Source: Thelocarpon superellum (taxonomy: Eukaryota). Taken from it: a stretch of 38,461 nucleotides of DNA. The notes under the pieces are model-generated. The model was given only the letters and a program-made list of their open reading frames with translations. It had not been told where the DNA came from and made no database searches. Both the position numbers and the translations under genes were made by a program. This document shows, piece after piece, positions 1-11,069 of this stretch (its first letter is position 1; each line of letters begins with the position of its first letter). The DNA is taken from the NCBI GenBank assembly GCA_026025795.1, contig JAPEUG010000135.1, positions 1 through 38,461 of the forward strand. Direction: 5' to 3'.

Positions 1-68
1 GGTGCACATTTCGCTCTCACATCTCCCTCTTCCTCCATGATCTCTGCAGCAAGCCCATCCTCTCCATC

Positions 69-593
69 ATGTATTTTCCCAGCAGCGGCCTCCTTCTCCT
101 GGCGGCCATGACCAGTTGCACCTTCGCGCGACCACGCAGTAACAATGTCGAAGCCGAGAACCAGCACTCGCGGCGCGGAGTAATGAGCGGCTTATTGTTC
201 ACCAACGCACCGACCGTTCCAGGTGACTGGGGCGCCAGCACGGACACCAGCGCGCCGGCGAGTGGGAAAATTGAATGCAGCGCCACCAACAGCTCAGCGA
301 TCCCGGCAGTGCCGCTGGACCAGGGATCACCTCTGCCTCTGAATGTCACAGAGTACGACATTTCATCTCTAAACGAGTGTCTAGGCGGGCTCCAGGACCA
401 AGGCTGGAACGGACACAACTGCGGCGGCCGTGGCTTCTATATGGGACACGATGCCACATACTCGAACTCGAACAACTGCTGGAGTGCGTGCAAGTCATGC
501 TTGGAAGGGATGATTGCCCAGAACAACGCTGGTGCAGAGTGTCGTAACAAAGTTGGCCTCACAGAATGCTGGGTGGGTTACGGCAATCCGTGA
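69..593 (+). CDS. Small secreted cysteine-rich protein (174 aa), effector/toxin-like, family unknown
   Basis: Intronless ORF. Hydrophobic N-terminal signal peptide (MYFPSSGLLLLAAMTSCTFA), dibasic RR putative Kex2 site, 8 Cys after the signal peptide, N-glycosylation sequons NSS/NVT. Confidence 0.8.
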   Translation: MYFPSSGLLLLAAMTSCTFARPRSNNVEAENQHSRRGVMSGLLFTNAPTVPGDWGASTDTSAPASGKIECSATNSSAIPAVPLDQGSPLPLNVTEYDISSLNECLGGLQDQGWNGHNCGGRGFYMGHDATYSNSNNCWSACKSCLEGMIAQNNAGAECRNKVGLTECWVGYGNP

Positions 594-1532
594 TGGGCGA
601 TTTAGGTCTTGGATGTCTTGCCTTTGGATCTTTGGCGCAATCTCGGTAGTCATGGAATCACACGGGGACGAGCATTGATTGAGTAACGCTGCATAATTTG
701 GCTCCTCTGCCCCGTAGCCTGCAGCACCGACACAGTAATTCTCCCAGACACCACGTGAGGGCGAATGCTCGCTTCAATTCTAGGACAACCACTTGTCAAT
801 CGAAGACGAGAAAGTGATCATCTGCCTCTCTGGCAAATTGAACCGAGGGCTGGCGCCGTCACTGGATGGCGTGTAAGGCTGGCCAGAGGACATGTTCTGA
901 CGATGAGCAAGCCTGAAGGGTGATAGGAGATCGGTCATGTCCAAGTTGAAGGGAGGAGAGGGAGTGTCACGCTTGACCTGCAGGACTTGTGCCCTTGGTT
1001 GTCAACAAGAGGACACTTGTATCCAGCAGTCACTGCTTCTCATGATTCAAACTTGACAGAGTATGCTTTGGTCGCAGTGGATGACTGTGATTCTGTTCCG
1101 AGGTCGGTGCATCCACAGAGGAGATGGGACACCCACTCTCGACTTTGGTAATGGCTGTCACGTGATGCAGGAGGGGGACGCCGGCAAGGTTTGTCGTCAT
1201 AGTAGCGAGGAGAGGGAACGAAGGTAAACAAGCGCCACGGTCGCAGAGTGGTGCAGCGCTGCGATGCTGGCACGCTATCTGCTTCGTCTCAGAGCCAGCC
1301 CTAGACAAAACACCGGTCCCCAAGCATCTTGGACTTTCGATTGCGACCGCGAGTTCTTTCACCGACCACCCCGATCCGTCGAAATAGTCTCGGCTTCTGC
1401 TGACAGAGCTAGGTGGAGAACGAGTGTCCAGGTAAGTCCCCAGAGCAGGTTGACTGTCAGCACCTTCCCTTCGATGGGCCTGATACCGTCTTTGCCCACG
1501 GCAAACACCAGATCAGGTGGCTAACTGCCAGC

Positions 1533-4500
1533 ATGGACAGTCAACCACCAGTCGAGCCGGCTTCGTCGAACTCGTCCTCCCGTCATCAAAACTTCCAGGA
1601 ATGGGTGACTTCCTACAAATCTCGCCTTGATCGACTGTACTCCAACCCGACGTCGTGGCGGGTGCCGCCCGTGATCGTCTTCCGCGAGCCTGCCCAACTC
1701 TCGGTCCTGCCGCTTGCTCAACCAGGACCACGCCCTCACCGGGAGCCCTGCCTAAACGCCGTTGTCCCAAGCGTTCTTCGCGGCTCCCGGCCATTCCTTC
1801 CGTCCACAGCGACATCTTCTTGTGATCGTCCCTTTGTTACCCCAGACGTCTCAGCGCCTGTGGAACCCGTCGGCCTGACGTCGGCCCCGGCCACGAGCAA
1901 AAGACGACCTGTCCGTCCCCACCCCATCCGCCCGAATCTCTCCGTAGCCGTCGAGATGGCCATCGAGCGCCAGGCACCCCAGGTGCCAGCCTCGCCGCCC
2001 AAGACGACGCAGCAACCGGTCCAACCGCTGAAGCAGCCACAATTTGGGACGGCGAGCCCCATGCGCTCGAATCTCGTCTTCAACGTCCCCAAGCCCGACA
2101 GACCTCGCGTTGAGCATCATCGAATCGCGCCCCGTCCCCTCGCACCCCAGGCGCCGAACGCCAGCGCTGTGCCCGGAGCCGCGGGGCAAGCATCCCATGT
2201 CCCAGCGGGGCCCCTCCTGGCTCGCCAAGTCCCATTCGCGGCGCAGACCCGCCCGCTCGAGCCGTTGCGACAGACGGCCGTGCCGATGGCCAACGCGTAC
2301 CCGCAGGCTCCCATGCACCGTCCCGCTCCGCCATCTACCGCAAACGACGTCGTTGAGATTCCCAAGCCCACCAACATGACCTTCGCCACCACGCGTCCCG
2401 CGCCTCCCCCCACCTACATGGCGTTTGGAGGCTTCACCGCCGTCAACAAACGTCCCGATCCTCCGCGAACATGGATCGATCTCACCACGGCCGACGCCCG
2501 ATATGGTCAGCCCTATGCCGCCATTGGAGACACCTTCGGCGCCAACGACCCCTACATGGACTCGCACAAGGCCACGGAGAGCATCAAGGCCTTGCTCGAG
2601 GGTACCTTTGACGACGATGAGGAGGACCGGAAGCCACGGACTCGAGCACGGCGGCGACAGCAGGAGGACAGAGTCAAAGATCTGACCACCAATCTCAATG
2701 CCTTGAACGTCGACAAGCCCGAGCCGACGGAGTCCAAGGCCACGGAAGAGATGGACGAGGACCAGATGGAAGAAGAGGATGATGGGGCTGTCGAGGGACT
2801 CGAGGTCCACCTCTTGCCGCATCAGGTCGACGGGGTAAGCTGGATGCTGGACAAGGAGATTGGCGAGCGGAAGAAGGGCAAATTGCCCAAAGGCGGGATT
2901 CTGGCCGACGACATGGGTCTCGGCAAGACACTCCAGTCCATTGCCTTGATCCTCTCTAACCCGCGCTCAGCGGCAGCGTCGACGGCGGCGGGCCTCTCGC
3001 AGAAGTCGGACGCCAATACGTTGGTCGTGGCGCCGCTCGCGCTGATTCGGCAATGGGAGGCGGAGGTGGAGGATAAGGTGGCGGTGTCGCGTCGACTGAG
3101 TGTCTGCGTGCACCATGGGCCGCAGCGCACGAAGCGCTACCACGAGCTGAAGAAATACGACGTCGTCATCACAACGTACCAAGTCCTGGTATCGGAGCAC
3201 AGCGCATCATCGCCTCACGAGGGTGGCCTCAAGGTCGGCTGTTTCGGCCTGCAGTGGCATCGTGTCATCCTCGACGAAGCCCACACGATCAAGAACCGCA
3301 ACGCCAAGGCAACCCAAGCCTGCTATGCGCTTCGGGCCGAGTATCGCTGGTGTCTCACGGGAACGCCAATGCAGAACAACCTCGACGAGCTGCAGAGCCT
3401 GATCAAGTTTCTCCGGGTCAAACCCTACGACGATCTGCACGTGTGGAAGGAGCAGATCACGGGTCCGATGAAGAATGGGCGAGGAGCAACGGCGATGCGC
3501 CGTCTACAAGTCTACCTCAAGGCCTTCATGAAGCGACGCACCAAGAGCATCCTGAAGGAAGCCGGGGCCTTGACCTTTGGCGGCTCGAGCGCCACCCCGG
3601 CCCAGGGAGATCACCCCGGCTTCAAGGTCACGGAGCGGCGGATCGAGAAAGTCGTGGCCGAGTTCTCGGCCGACGAGCGCGCCTTTTACGAGCGCCTGGA
3701 GCAACGCACGGACCAGAGCCTGGAGAAGCTGATGGGCGGGGACAAGGTCAGCTACATGGGAGCCTTGGTGCTCCTCCTTCGACTCCGGCAAGCGTGCAAT
3801 CATCCGCAGCTGGTGGCGGGCAAGCTGGGCAAAGACAGCGATGCCATGGCCACGGCGACGGGTAATGCGGCGGGCACCAAGGGGACCAAGCAGGACGCGA
3901 GCAAGGACGTGGATGACATCGCCAGCCTGCTGGGTGGCCTCAGTGTGGCAACACGCAAATGCGAGGTGTGCCAGATGGACTTGAGTGGCGATGAGCTGTC
4001 GATGCAAGCAATCCGGTGCGGCGAGTGCGAAGCGGCGGTGCAGAGCCTGAAGCGGAAGATCAAGGGTACGGCCAAGGCCGTTCAAGGGCGCGCATCCGAT
4101 GCCTCGGACGCGTCGGCGAGCACGGCCGCGTCGGAGGTCGACGAGGTCGACGATGAATTACCCTCGTCGGTGGCGGACGACGACGAACTGACGTCCGTGA
4201 CCGCCTCCACCAAGATTCGTCACCTCGTCAAGATTCTCCACCAAGAATCGCGGCAGCACAAGTTCATCGTCTTCTCACAATTCACCTCCATGCTGGACCT
4301 GATCGAGCCCTTCCTTCGGCGGGACGGCTTGATCTACACCCGGTATGATGGGAGCATGCGTAACGACCTCCGCGAGGCCAGCCTAGATCGGCTACGGACC
4401 GAACCGAAAACGCGCATCCTCCTGTGCAGCCTGAAGTGTGGGTCGTTGGGTCTCAACCTGACTGCGGCCAGCCGAGTGGTCATCTTGGAGCCATTCTGGA

Positions 4501-4956
4501 ATCCGGTAGGTGCTGGTGGACCAGGTGGATGTCCGACCGATGCTGACCTTGAGGCAGTTTGTCGAAGAACAAGCCATCGATCGGGTGCATCGACTCAATC
4601 AGACGGTAGACGTGGTGGTGTACAAGATCACCATCCAGGGCACGGTGGAAGAACGCATCCTCGAGCTGCAGGAGAAGAAGCGCGAGCTGGCCAACGCGGC
4701 GATCGAGGGCAAGGCCGTGGGCAAACTGAGCATGAAGGACATCATGCAACTGTTCCGGCGCGACGCCGAACACGCTCCGCCGAGCCCGACGGCCTCGCGC
4801 GCTCGCCCGCTCAGCTCGGGTCAGGAGCGGATCCTACCGAACACGAGCCAGCTACCGGCGATGAACCACACGCGACGGGTCAGCCCCTCCGCGACGGTCC
4901 AGTCGAAGGGACCGACGGCGGATTCTCGACATTCCGTCTACGACCGGCGATGGTGA
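1533..4956 (+). CDS. SNF2-family ATP-dependent DNA translocase, Rad5/Rad16/Uls1(Ris1)-like (~1123 aa); exons 1533-4505, 4558-4956
   Basis: GGILADDMGLGKT (Walker A), VILDEAH (Walker B), LTGTPMQN, LLRLRQACNHP, FSQFTSMLD, GLNLTAA. Intron 4506-4557 (GTAGGT..GCTGAC..CAG) joins EPFWNP|FVEEQAIDRVHR. Start codon uncertain because of upstream splice signals. Confidence 0.92.
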
Positions 4957-5504
4957 GGGTAAGAAGGATCTGGCGCTACGGACATGTCTTCTGCCATCAT
5001 TTCCTTGGTACTCTCGTCCTAGTTCGGTTCAGGGCGGCGCCAGGATAGAGGACGGCGCTGAGACGATTCCCCGTGCAAGTCTGCCACGTCAGTGGCCAAT
5101 GAGTATCTACAAGAAGAAGTATGTTGTCGGAGCCCGTCGTCCACCACTTCGTAGAAGGTAATGGTATCGTTGAACGTAACGGTGGCCCCTGCCCCGGGAG
5201 GTACAATCAGCACGGGCTTTTCACTCGTGCCTGGCCGCTGGGGCCATGGGCATGGCCAAAAGAGGTTTAGACCGAACCCAGGAACCGCTCGCAGCACGAT
5301 GACGTAGGGCGTTCGCGTGCTGGCGACAAGAGAAGATGATGACGATTGTCAGCATCGAACGAGCACCAAGTAGCGTACTTGCGACATCTTCCATGCACCT
5401 TGGCCTCTACGTCCCGCACATACTTCCACCTGTTGAGGTGGAGAGGAAGCATAGCGATCTCAGCATCGTATTCTTGCGCCTCAATCCACCCGCCATATCT
5501 CGCC

Positions 5505-6063
5505 ATGGCTCCCCTGCGCCATCTCGCATCGGCATCGGCAGGGCTCCGTCGCTGCTACGCAGCGAGAACAAAGCCAGCATGGACCGTGGCGCAGCGTGCA
5601 ACCACCTCTCCACAACGCGGCATCCACGCCACATCCACCGTCCGATGGCCACGCAAGGACAGCCAGGACAAGGACAGCATCAACACGGAAGCGACGGAGT
5701 ATAGCAAGAGCTCGACGGACGACCAGGCCGCGCGGGAGGGGGATGCCGCGTTCGATCCGAATCGTACGGATCCGCAAGAGGAATTGGAAAAGGCGGGGGA
5801 AGGGCATGGGGTGAGTCACCTCTGCTTTCGGACCTTTCACACACCCACTTCTTAGGGAGTGGGCTATATTCTGCGGCGGTATTGGCACCTCGGACTGATT
5901 GTGCGCTGCTGCTCAGTCGGATGGAAATCCCTTGGAGGTCTCGCCTGCCAACCCGGACGTCTCGAAGCCGAGAGAGGGCACCGAGGGCGGAGCCGAAACG
6001 TCCCAGAGGACTCGCGACAATGCCAGTGGTGGTGGATCAGCGCCCAAGAATGAACAGCAATGA
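5505..6063 (+). CDS. Small acidic fungal hypothetical protein with mitochondrial-type presequence (150 aa); exons 5505-5810, 5917-6063
   Basis: Arg/Ser/Ala-rich acid-free N-terminus followed by KDSQDKDSINTEATEYSKSSTDD..AAFDP and, after intron 5811-5916 (GTGAGT..ACTGAT..CAG), NPLEVSPAN. Spliced frame closes at TGA 6061-6063. Confidence 0.75.
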
Positions 6064-6152
6064 TATACGAGCACACGTTAAAGTACTGTTACGTTCGCCG
6101 TCGCTCGTGTCCTCGCGTCCTCGCGTCCTTGAAATTCTCCCAGAACCTCCCA

Positions 6153-6935
6153 TCACGTCGACTTCCACTCCGTGCGACCCAGGCGCACGATATCGGCTTG
6201 TTGCACGAACCACACCCTTCCTGCTGGGCCTTGGCCGCTAGCGGCTTGCAGCGCCGCCGTCACGGTCGCCTTGCCGATGATGTCGGCATCCTGCGCCCAA
6301 AAGTCCACCAGCCGTCCGCCGCTGATCAAGCCCACCCCGCGGGCGAGGGTGTTGAGGGCACTCTGGAGCAAGTCAGGCGCCTCGCGCTTGCCCATCAACA
6401 ATCCCGGCTTGACAATGACCACGTGCTCGAACTCCAGGGCACTCACGGCCGCCTCCAGCTCGGCCTTCATCTTGGAATAGGGAATGGGCGAGGTGGCGCT
6501 CGTCCCGGCCGACGAGATCAGCACGTACGTCTTGACGCCGGCGGCCTGCGCAGCTTTGGCAAGCTCGAGATTGAGATCGTAGTCCACCTTGCGCTGTCCG
6601 GCCAAGCCTCCGGCTTTGGCCCGCGTCGTTCCCAGGGCCGAGAAGAAGACATCGGGCGGTGGCGTGATCGTGCCCAGCTCCGACGCCCATTTGGCCGAGT
6701 CGCTCTGCTCAATCACCTGCAGTTTGCCCGCTGTCTCTTGCACAGGCGGCGGGCGGCGGGCCAACGTCGACACCTTGGTGACCGCGGTCGACTCGAGCAA
6801 GGTGGAGAGAATATGAGAGCCCTAGACCGTAGATCCGTTAGGCACGGGTCCACTGCGAGTTTGCTCCGGCGTCCGGGATTCGTCAGTAAAACCCACCACC
6901 AAGCCTGTCGCACCAACCAGTAGCGTAGAAGGCAT
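6153..6935 (-). CDS. FMP52: NAD(P)-binding Rossmann protein, Fmp52/HTATIP2(TIP30)-like (235 aa); exons 6935-6897, 6821-6153
   Basis: Intron 6896-6822 (GTGGGT..CCTAAC..TAG) restores LVGATGLVGSHIL. Motifs FFSALGTTRAKAGG, VDYDLNLELAKAA, YSKMK, IVKPGLLMGKRE. Confidence 0.9.
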
Positions 6936-7098
6936 ATTTGCAGCGGAATAAGGTGGATGATAGCTGGCTTGATAGTCTGCCTGTCAATTCAATTGCTCGC
7001 TCTCCTTGCGATGATTGCAGCGTTCGAAGTCACTCTCGGTAGTCGCTGGGGGCGGAAAGGACCTATCCCGCACTATCTCAGTCGGAACGCCTCCACCT

Positions 7099-7158
7099 TG
7101 CAGGTGGCCCTGCAGGCGGCCCGGCAGGCGACCCTGCAGGCGATCCGGCAGGCTGCAC
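7099..7158. repeat. 12-bp minisatellite, ~5 degenerate copies (KGCAGGCGRCCC)
   Basis: tgcaggtggccc/tgcaggcggccc/ggcaggcgaccc/tgcaggcgatcc/ggcaggctgcac read directly from the sequence. Confidence 0.85.
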
Positions 7159-7293
7159 CATGCAGACGCGGCAATTCTGGCTCCGCAGGCCACGGCAAAT
7201 GCCGCGTCCACCACGGATCAGGAGGCGCACACTGCGACTTACCCAGCGAGTCCGGGTAGTCTGCACAAATCTGTCAGCACGCCGAATCCCCAA

Positions 7294-7352
7294 ATCACGC
7301 CATTCCCGCTAACTGGCGATTTGCCTTCAGTAAGAGAGGAGGGTGACGCCAT
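7294..7352 (+). promoter_or_regulatory. Two candidate CYS-3/MetR (ATGRYRYCAT) sulfur-regulon sites upstream of sulfite reductase
   Basis: ATCACGCCAT (7294-7303) and GTGACGCCAT (7343-7352), each one mismatch from the Neurospora CYS-3 consensus, ~365-420 bp upstream of the MET10 ATG. Confidence 0.5.
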
Positions 7353-7716
7353 TCCAAAGACCAACGGCGACCAGGCTTTTAGTCCACAGAATGGAGGTGA
7401 TTCTTCCCCCACGTTGGTGCCCGATGCAGGATCGGAGATGCAAGGCTCGGCAGATGAAATTGGTCATTCGCATTTCTGGTGCCGGCATCGGCGAATTTCA
7501 CATGCGTGGCGTTGCTGTTTCAGTCCCTTTTTGTTCCCACACGCCGCAGCTCTCCAATAATTTTCGATTCCCGTGTGTGAGCGTCCACGGTCACCCTGAC
7601 TCCAGCTCTGCTCAGCTCTGCGGTGTGCTCTACACGTAAGATCCATAATGAAGATCCACGGAGACTTGAATCCGTATCTCATAGCCTATTGACCGTTGCG
7701 GCGCCACCAAGCCGTC

Positions 7717-10700
7717 ATGCATCTGCACGTCGCCGAATCCGTCGGTCCGGCTGGACCCGAGCGTCGTCGGACTGTCGTGGAGACTGTGGAGCAGGAACCG
7801 GCGACGTCGTCTTCCTTGCCCTTTGACCGACACGTCCCCCTGGCGGCGATCGCAGGTCCGACCTATCTGACGGCACAAACAGTGATTCAGCAGGTCGCAT
7901 ACTCCCTGTCCGACTCGCTTTACACCTACTCCCCGGACACCTTTGACCTGGACATCGCCGTCCGACACTGGTCCGCCGATGGATCGTCCAACGCACATGG
8001 ATCTGTTCCTACCGTGTCTGCCATGCAGCTTCGACACGGGGCCGGCTCCGTCGCCTTGGGCTACCTCTACGCCCCCGACTTCGATGCCACGAAACGCCAC
8101 CTGCCCCAGAGCGTCATCGCCTCCTCCGCCGGCCTCAAGTACCTCCGTCCGGCCCTACATCAGCTCTCGCGGTCGTCGCCCACGGCAAACCCGGTCGTCC
8201 TACACGTCGCGGCCGTTGACTACGTGGGGCGTGCGCGACCGAGCCTGGTGACGGACTATGTGGCGTCCATGGATCTGGCCGAGGAGCTCGAGTTGGGGCT
8301 GGTGTGCAGCCTGTCCGCATACGACGCCCAGCACATGGCCCTATTCTCCACCCTCCTCGCGCATCTCATGCCCACCGTGCACACGTACGACGGCGTGGTT
8401 ACCGCCCGGGAGACGATCCGGATCGTTGACGCCTTGGACAAAAGGGGTGTGAAAAGGGTGGAACAGGCCGTGAGAAAGCTGCTGGCCAGACCACCAGCCA
8501 GGCGATCAGCCCCGCATGCCCAGATCCACCAGCTGTTTGATGCGTTCAACGGCGAGCTGGGCACGGACTACGCCCCCTTTGAGTACCATGGCCATGAACA
8601 TGCCACCCACGTGGTCGTAGCCTTCGGTACCGTCGAGTCCTCCCTCCTCTCACAGGTCGTCGACGCGCGTGCCAAGAGTGGCGCTCGCGTGGGCCTGGTT
8701 AACGTGAGAGTCTTTCGCCCATTCCTCGAGGAGGACTTTGTCCATCTTCTTCCGACCACGACTCAATCCCTCACCGTCCTCGGGCAGGTGACGGACAGCG
8801 AAGCGGCCGCAGATCGGGCAACGCGATCCAATCTGTACCGAAGCGTCTTGGCCGCCGTTTTCTTTGCCCACAAGTGGGCGCGTCCTCTTCCAGTGGCGGA
8901 GGTAAAATATGCGAGGGATCAACAGTGGATGCCGGCAATGGCCGAACGGCTCGTGGGCTCCCTGGGGGCCAAGAGTACGCGCCCTCAGCAGGCGCTGAGC
9001 GAGATTTCGGACCATACCCTTCCTGACGAGGCACGTGTATCGATCTTTGACTCCTCGATCATCCGGGCATATTCCTTCTGGGACGTCGATGACTCCAAGG
9101 CGCTGGAGCTGCCTCCGATCATTGGCCGGCTCATGTCGACAGATGCGTCGAAGAACATCGCGATGAAAAGCGCGTATGACAATCTTGTCCAAGGCGGGAT
9201 CGTGCGAACGGACCTCCGAGAATCGAAGCGGACCGTTGATGCGCCCTACCCCGTCGAAGATGCGGACCTAGTCTACGTCGGCGAGGAGCAGTTGTTGGAG
9301 CGATATGACGTGATTGGTGGCGTGAAGAAAGGCGGGGCCATTCTCCTCCGGTGTCCGGGTCTGAAAGATGACGAGGTGGAAAAGCGCTTCTCCCCGCGCG
9401 TTAGAAGACAGCTCGCTGAACGGCCGACGCGACTCTACATCGTCGATCCCCAGTCCTCGACGGTCGTCCAGGACCACACCAAGCTCGAGCCATATCTCAT
9501 CCAGCTGGCTTTCCTCCGCGTGGCGGGCGCAGACTCCCTCAAGACGGGATGGGACAAGATGGCCACCAGCCAAAGGGCCCTCGAAGGTGGAGACGTGCTG
9601 GTCACGCTTGTACAGGAACTCGACGCCATCGTCCGATCCATTCCCATACCGGACTCCTGGCGCTCGCTCGAGGTGGACGGCGGATATCCTCGCCTGCCAC
9701 GCACTGTGGCGATCAGCAGCTTCACAGCATTTGACAAAGGCGAAGATCAGCCGCCCGCTCTGCTGCAAAAGTGGGAAACGGCGGCCAAGAGGCTCGCCTT
9801 CAAGGAAGCATATCAAACATCGTCCGCCCTTCGTCCGGACCTCGCGGTCAAGACGTGGACGGTGCGAGTGAAGGAGAACCGACGGCTGACGCCCGTGGCC
9901 TACGACCGCAACATCTTCCACATCGAATTCGATCTGGGAGACTCGGGACTGAAGTACGACATCGGCGAGTCCCTGGGGATCCATGCGGAGAACGAGGCAC
10001 AGCAGGTGCGGGACTTCATCACCTTCTACGGCTGGGATGCCGACGAGATCGTGGAGGTGCCGTCACGCGAGGACCCCACCGTGCTGGAGATGCGGACGGT
10101 ATACCAGTCGCTGATGCAGAATGTGGACATCTTCGGTCGGCCTCCCAAACGATTCTACGAAGCGCTCGCCGGGTTCGCCGAGGACGAGAAGGAACGACGC
10201 GAGCTGCTGACACTCGGCCGTCCCGAGGGCGCCGGGGAATTTCAGCGACGATCCGAGGTAGACACGGTCACGTACGCCGACATCCTGCGCGAGTTTCCGT
10301 CGGCCCACCCCAGCTTCCACGACCTCGTGCCGATCGTCAGCCCGCTGAAGCGACGAGAGTACTCGGTAGCGTCCAGCCAGAAGGTGACGCCGCGCAGCGT
10401 GGCGCTGATGATCGTCGTGGTCAACTGGGTGGACCGGCAAGGACGAGAGCGATTCGGGCAAGCGACGCGATATCTTCGGCATCTCCGGGTTGGCGAGGTG
10501 GTGACGGTCAGCGTGAAGGGCAGCGTGATGAAGCTGCCGCCGCAGTCGACGCAGCCGCTGATCATGGCGGGCCTCGGCACGGGCCTTGCGCCGTTCCGGG
10601 CCTTTGTGCAGTATCGGGCGTGGCAGAAAGCGCAGGGTATCCCGATTGGGGCCGTGCTGCTGTACATGGGGTCGCGGCACCAGCGAGAAGAGTATCTCTA

Positions 10701-11069
10701 CGGGGAAGAGTGGGAGGCCTACCAGGATGCGGGCGTCATCACGCTGCTGGGCCGGGCCTTCTCGCGCGACCAGCCGCAGAAGATCTACATCCAGGACCGC
10801 ATGCGACAGACCTTGGACGACATTGTCCAGTCCTACCTCAACGACCATGGGTCCTTCTATCTTTGTGGGCCCACGTGGCCGGTCCCCGACGTTACCGAGG
10901 TGCTGCAGGAGGCCATCGTGCAGCATGCGTCCCGCGAGGGGATCACGCGGAAGATTGACGCGAGAAAGGAGATTGAGGTCTTGAAGGACGACTTGAGATA
11001 TGTGCTTGAGGGTGAGTGATGGGCATCCCAGGTTTCTCTCGATCATGCTGACTCTGCGTAGTATATTAG
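7717..11069 (+). CDS. MET10: Assimilatory sulfite reductase (NADPH) flavoprotein alpha subunit (~1100 aa); exons 7717-11011, 11062-11069
   Basis: YDRNIFHIEFDLG, KRREYSVASS (FAD), MAGLGTGLAPFRAF, AFSRDQPQKIYIQD, FYLCGPTW. Intron 11012-11061 (GTGAGT..GCTGAC..TAG) gives the canonical C-terminus YVLEVY*. Confidence 0.95.

Noticed and set aside
4506..5048. ORF-track C-terminus of the 1211-aa SNF2 ORF
   Set aside because: Read-through of intron 4506-4557; the true C-terminus is in the 4558-4956 frame.
6060..6923. 287-aa + strand ORF opposite FMP52
   Set aside because: Antisense shadow; the upstream small gene terminates at 6063 in another frame.
7015..7560. 181-aa + ORF between FMP52 and MET10
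   Set aside because: Non-ATG start, built partly from the minisatellite, no homology signal; best read as promoter DNA.
7636..7711. Possible 5'UTR intron of MET10 (GTAAGA..ATTGAC..AAG)
   Set aside because: Branch point and acceptor are weak; cannot be supported without transcripts.
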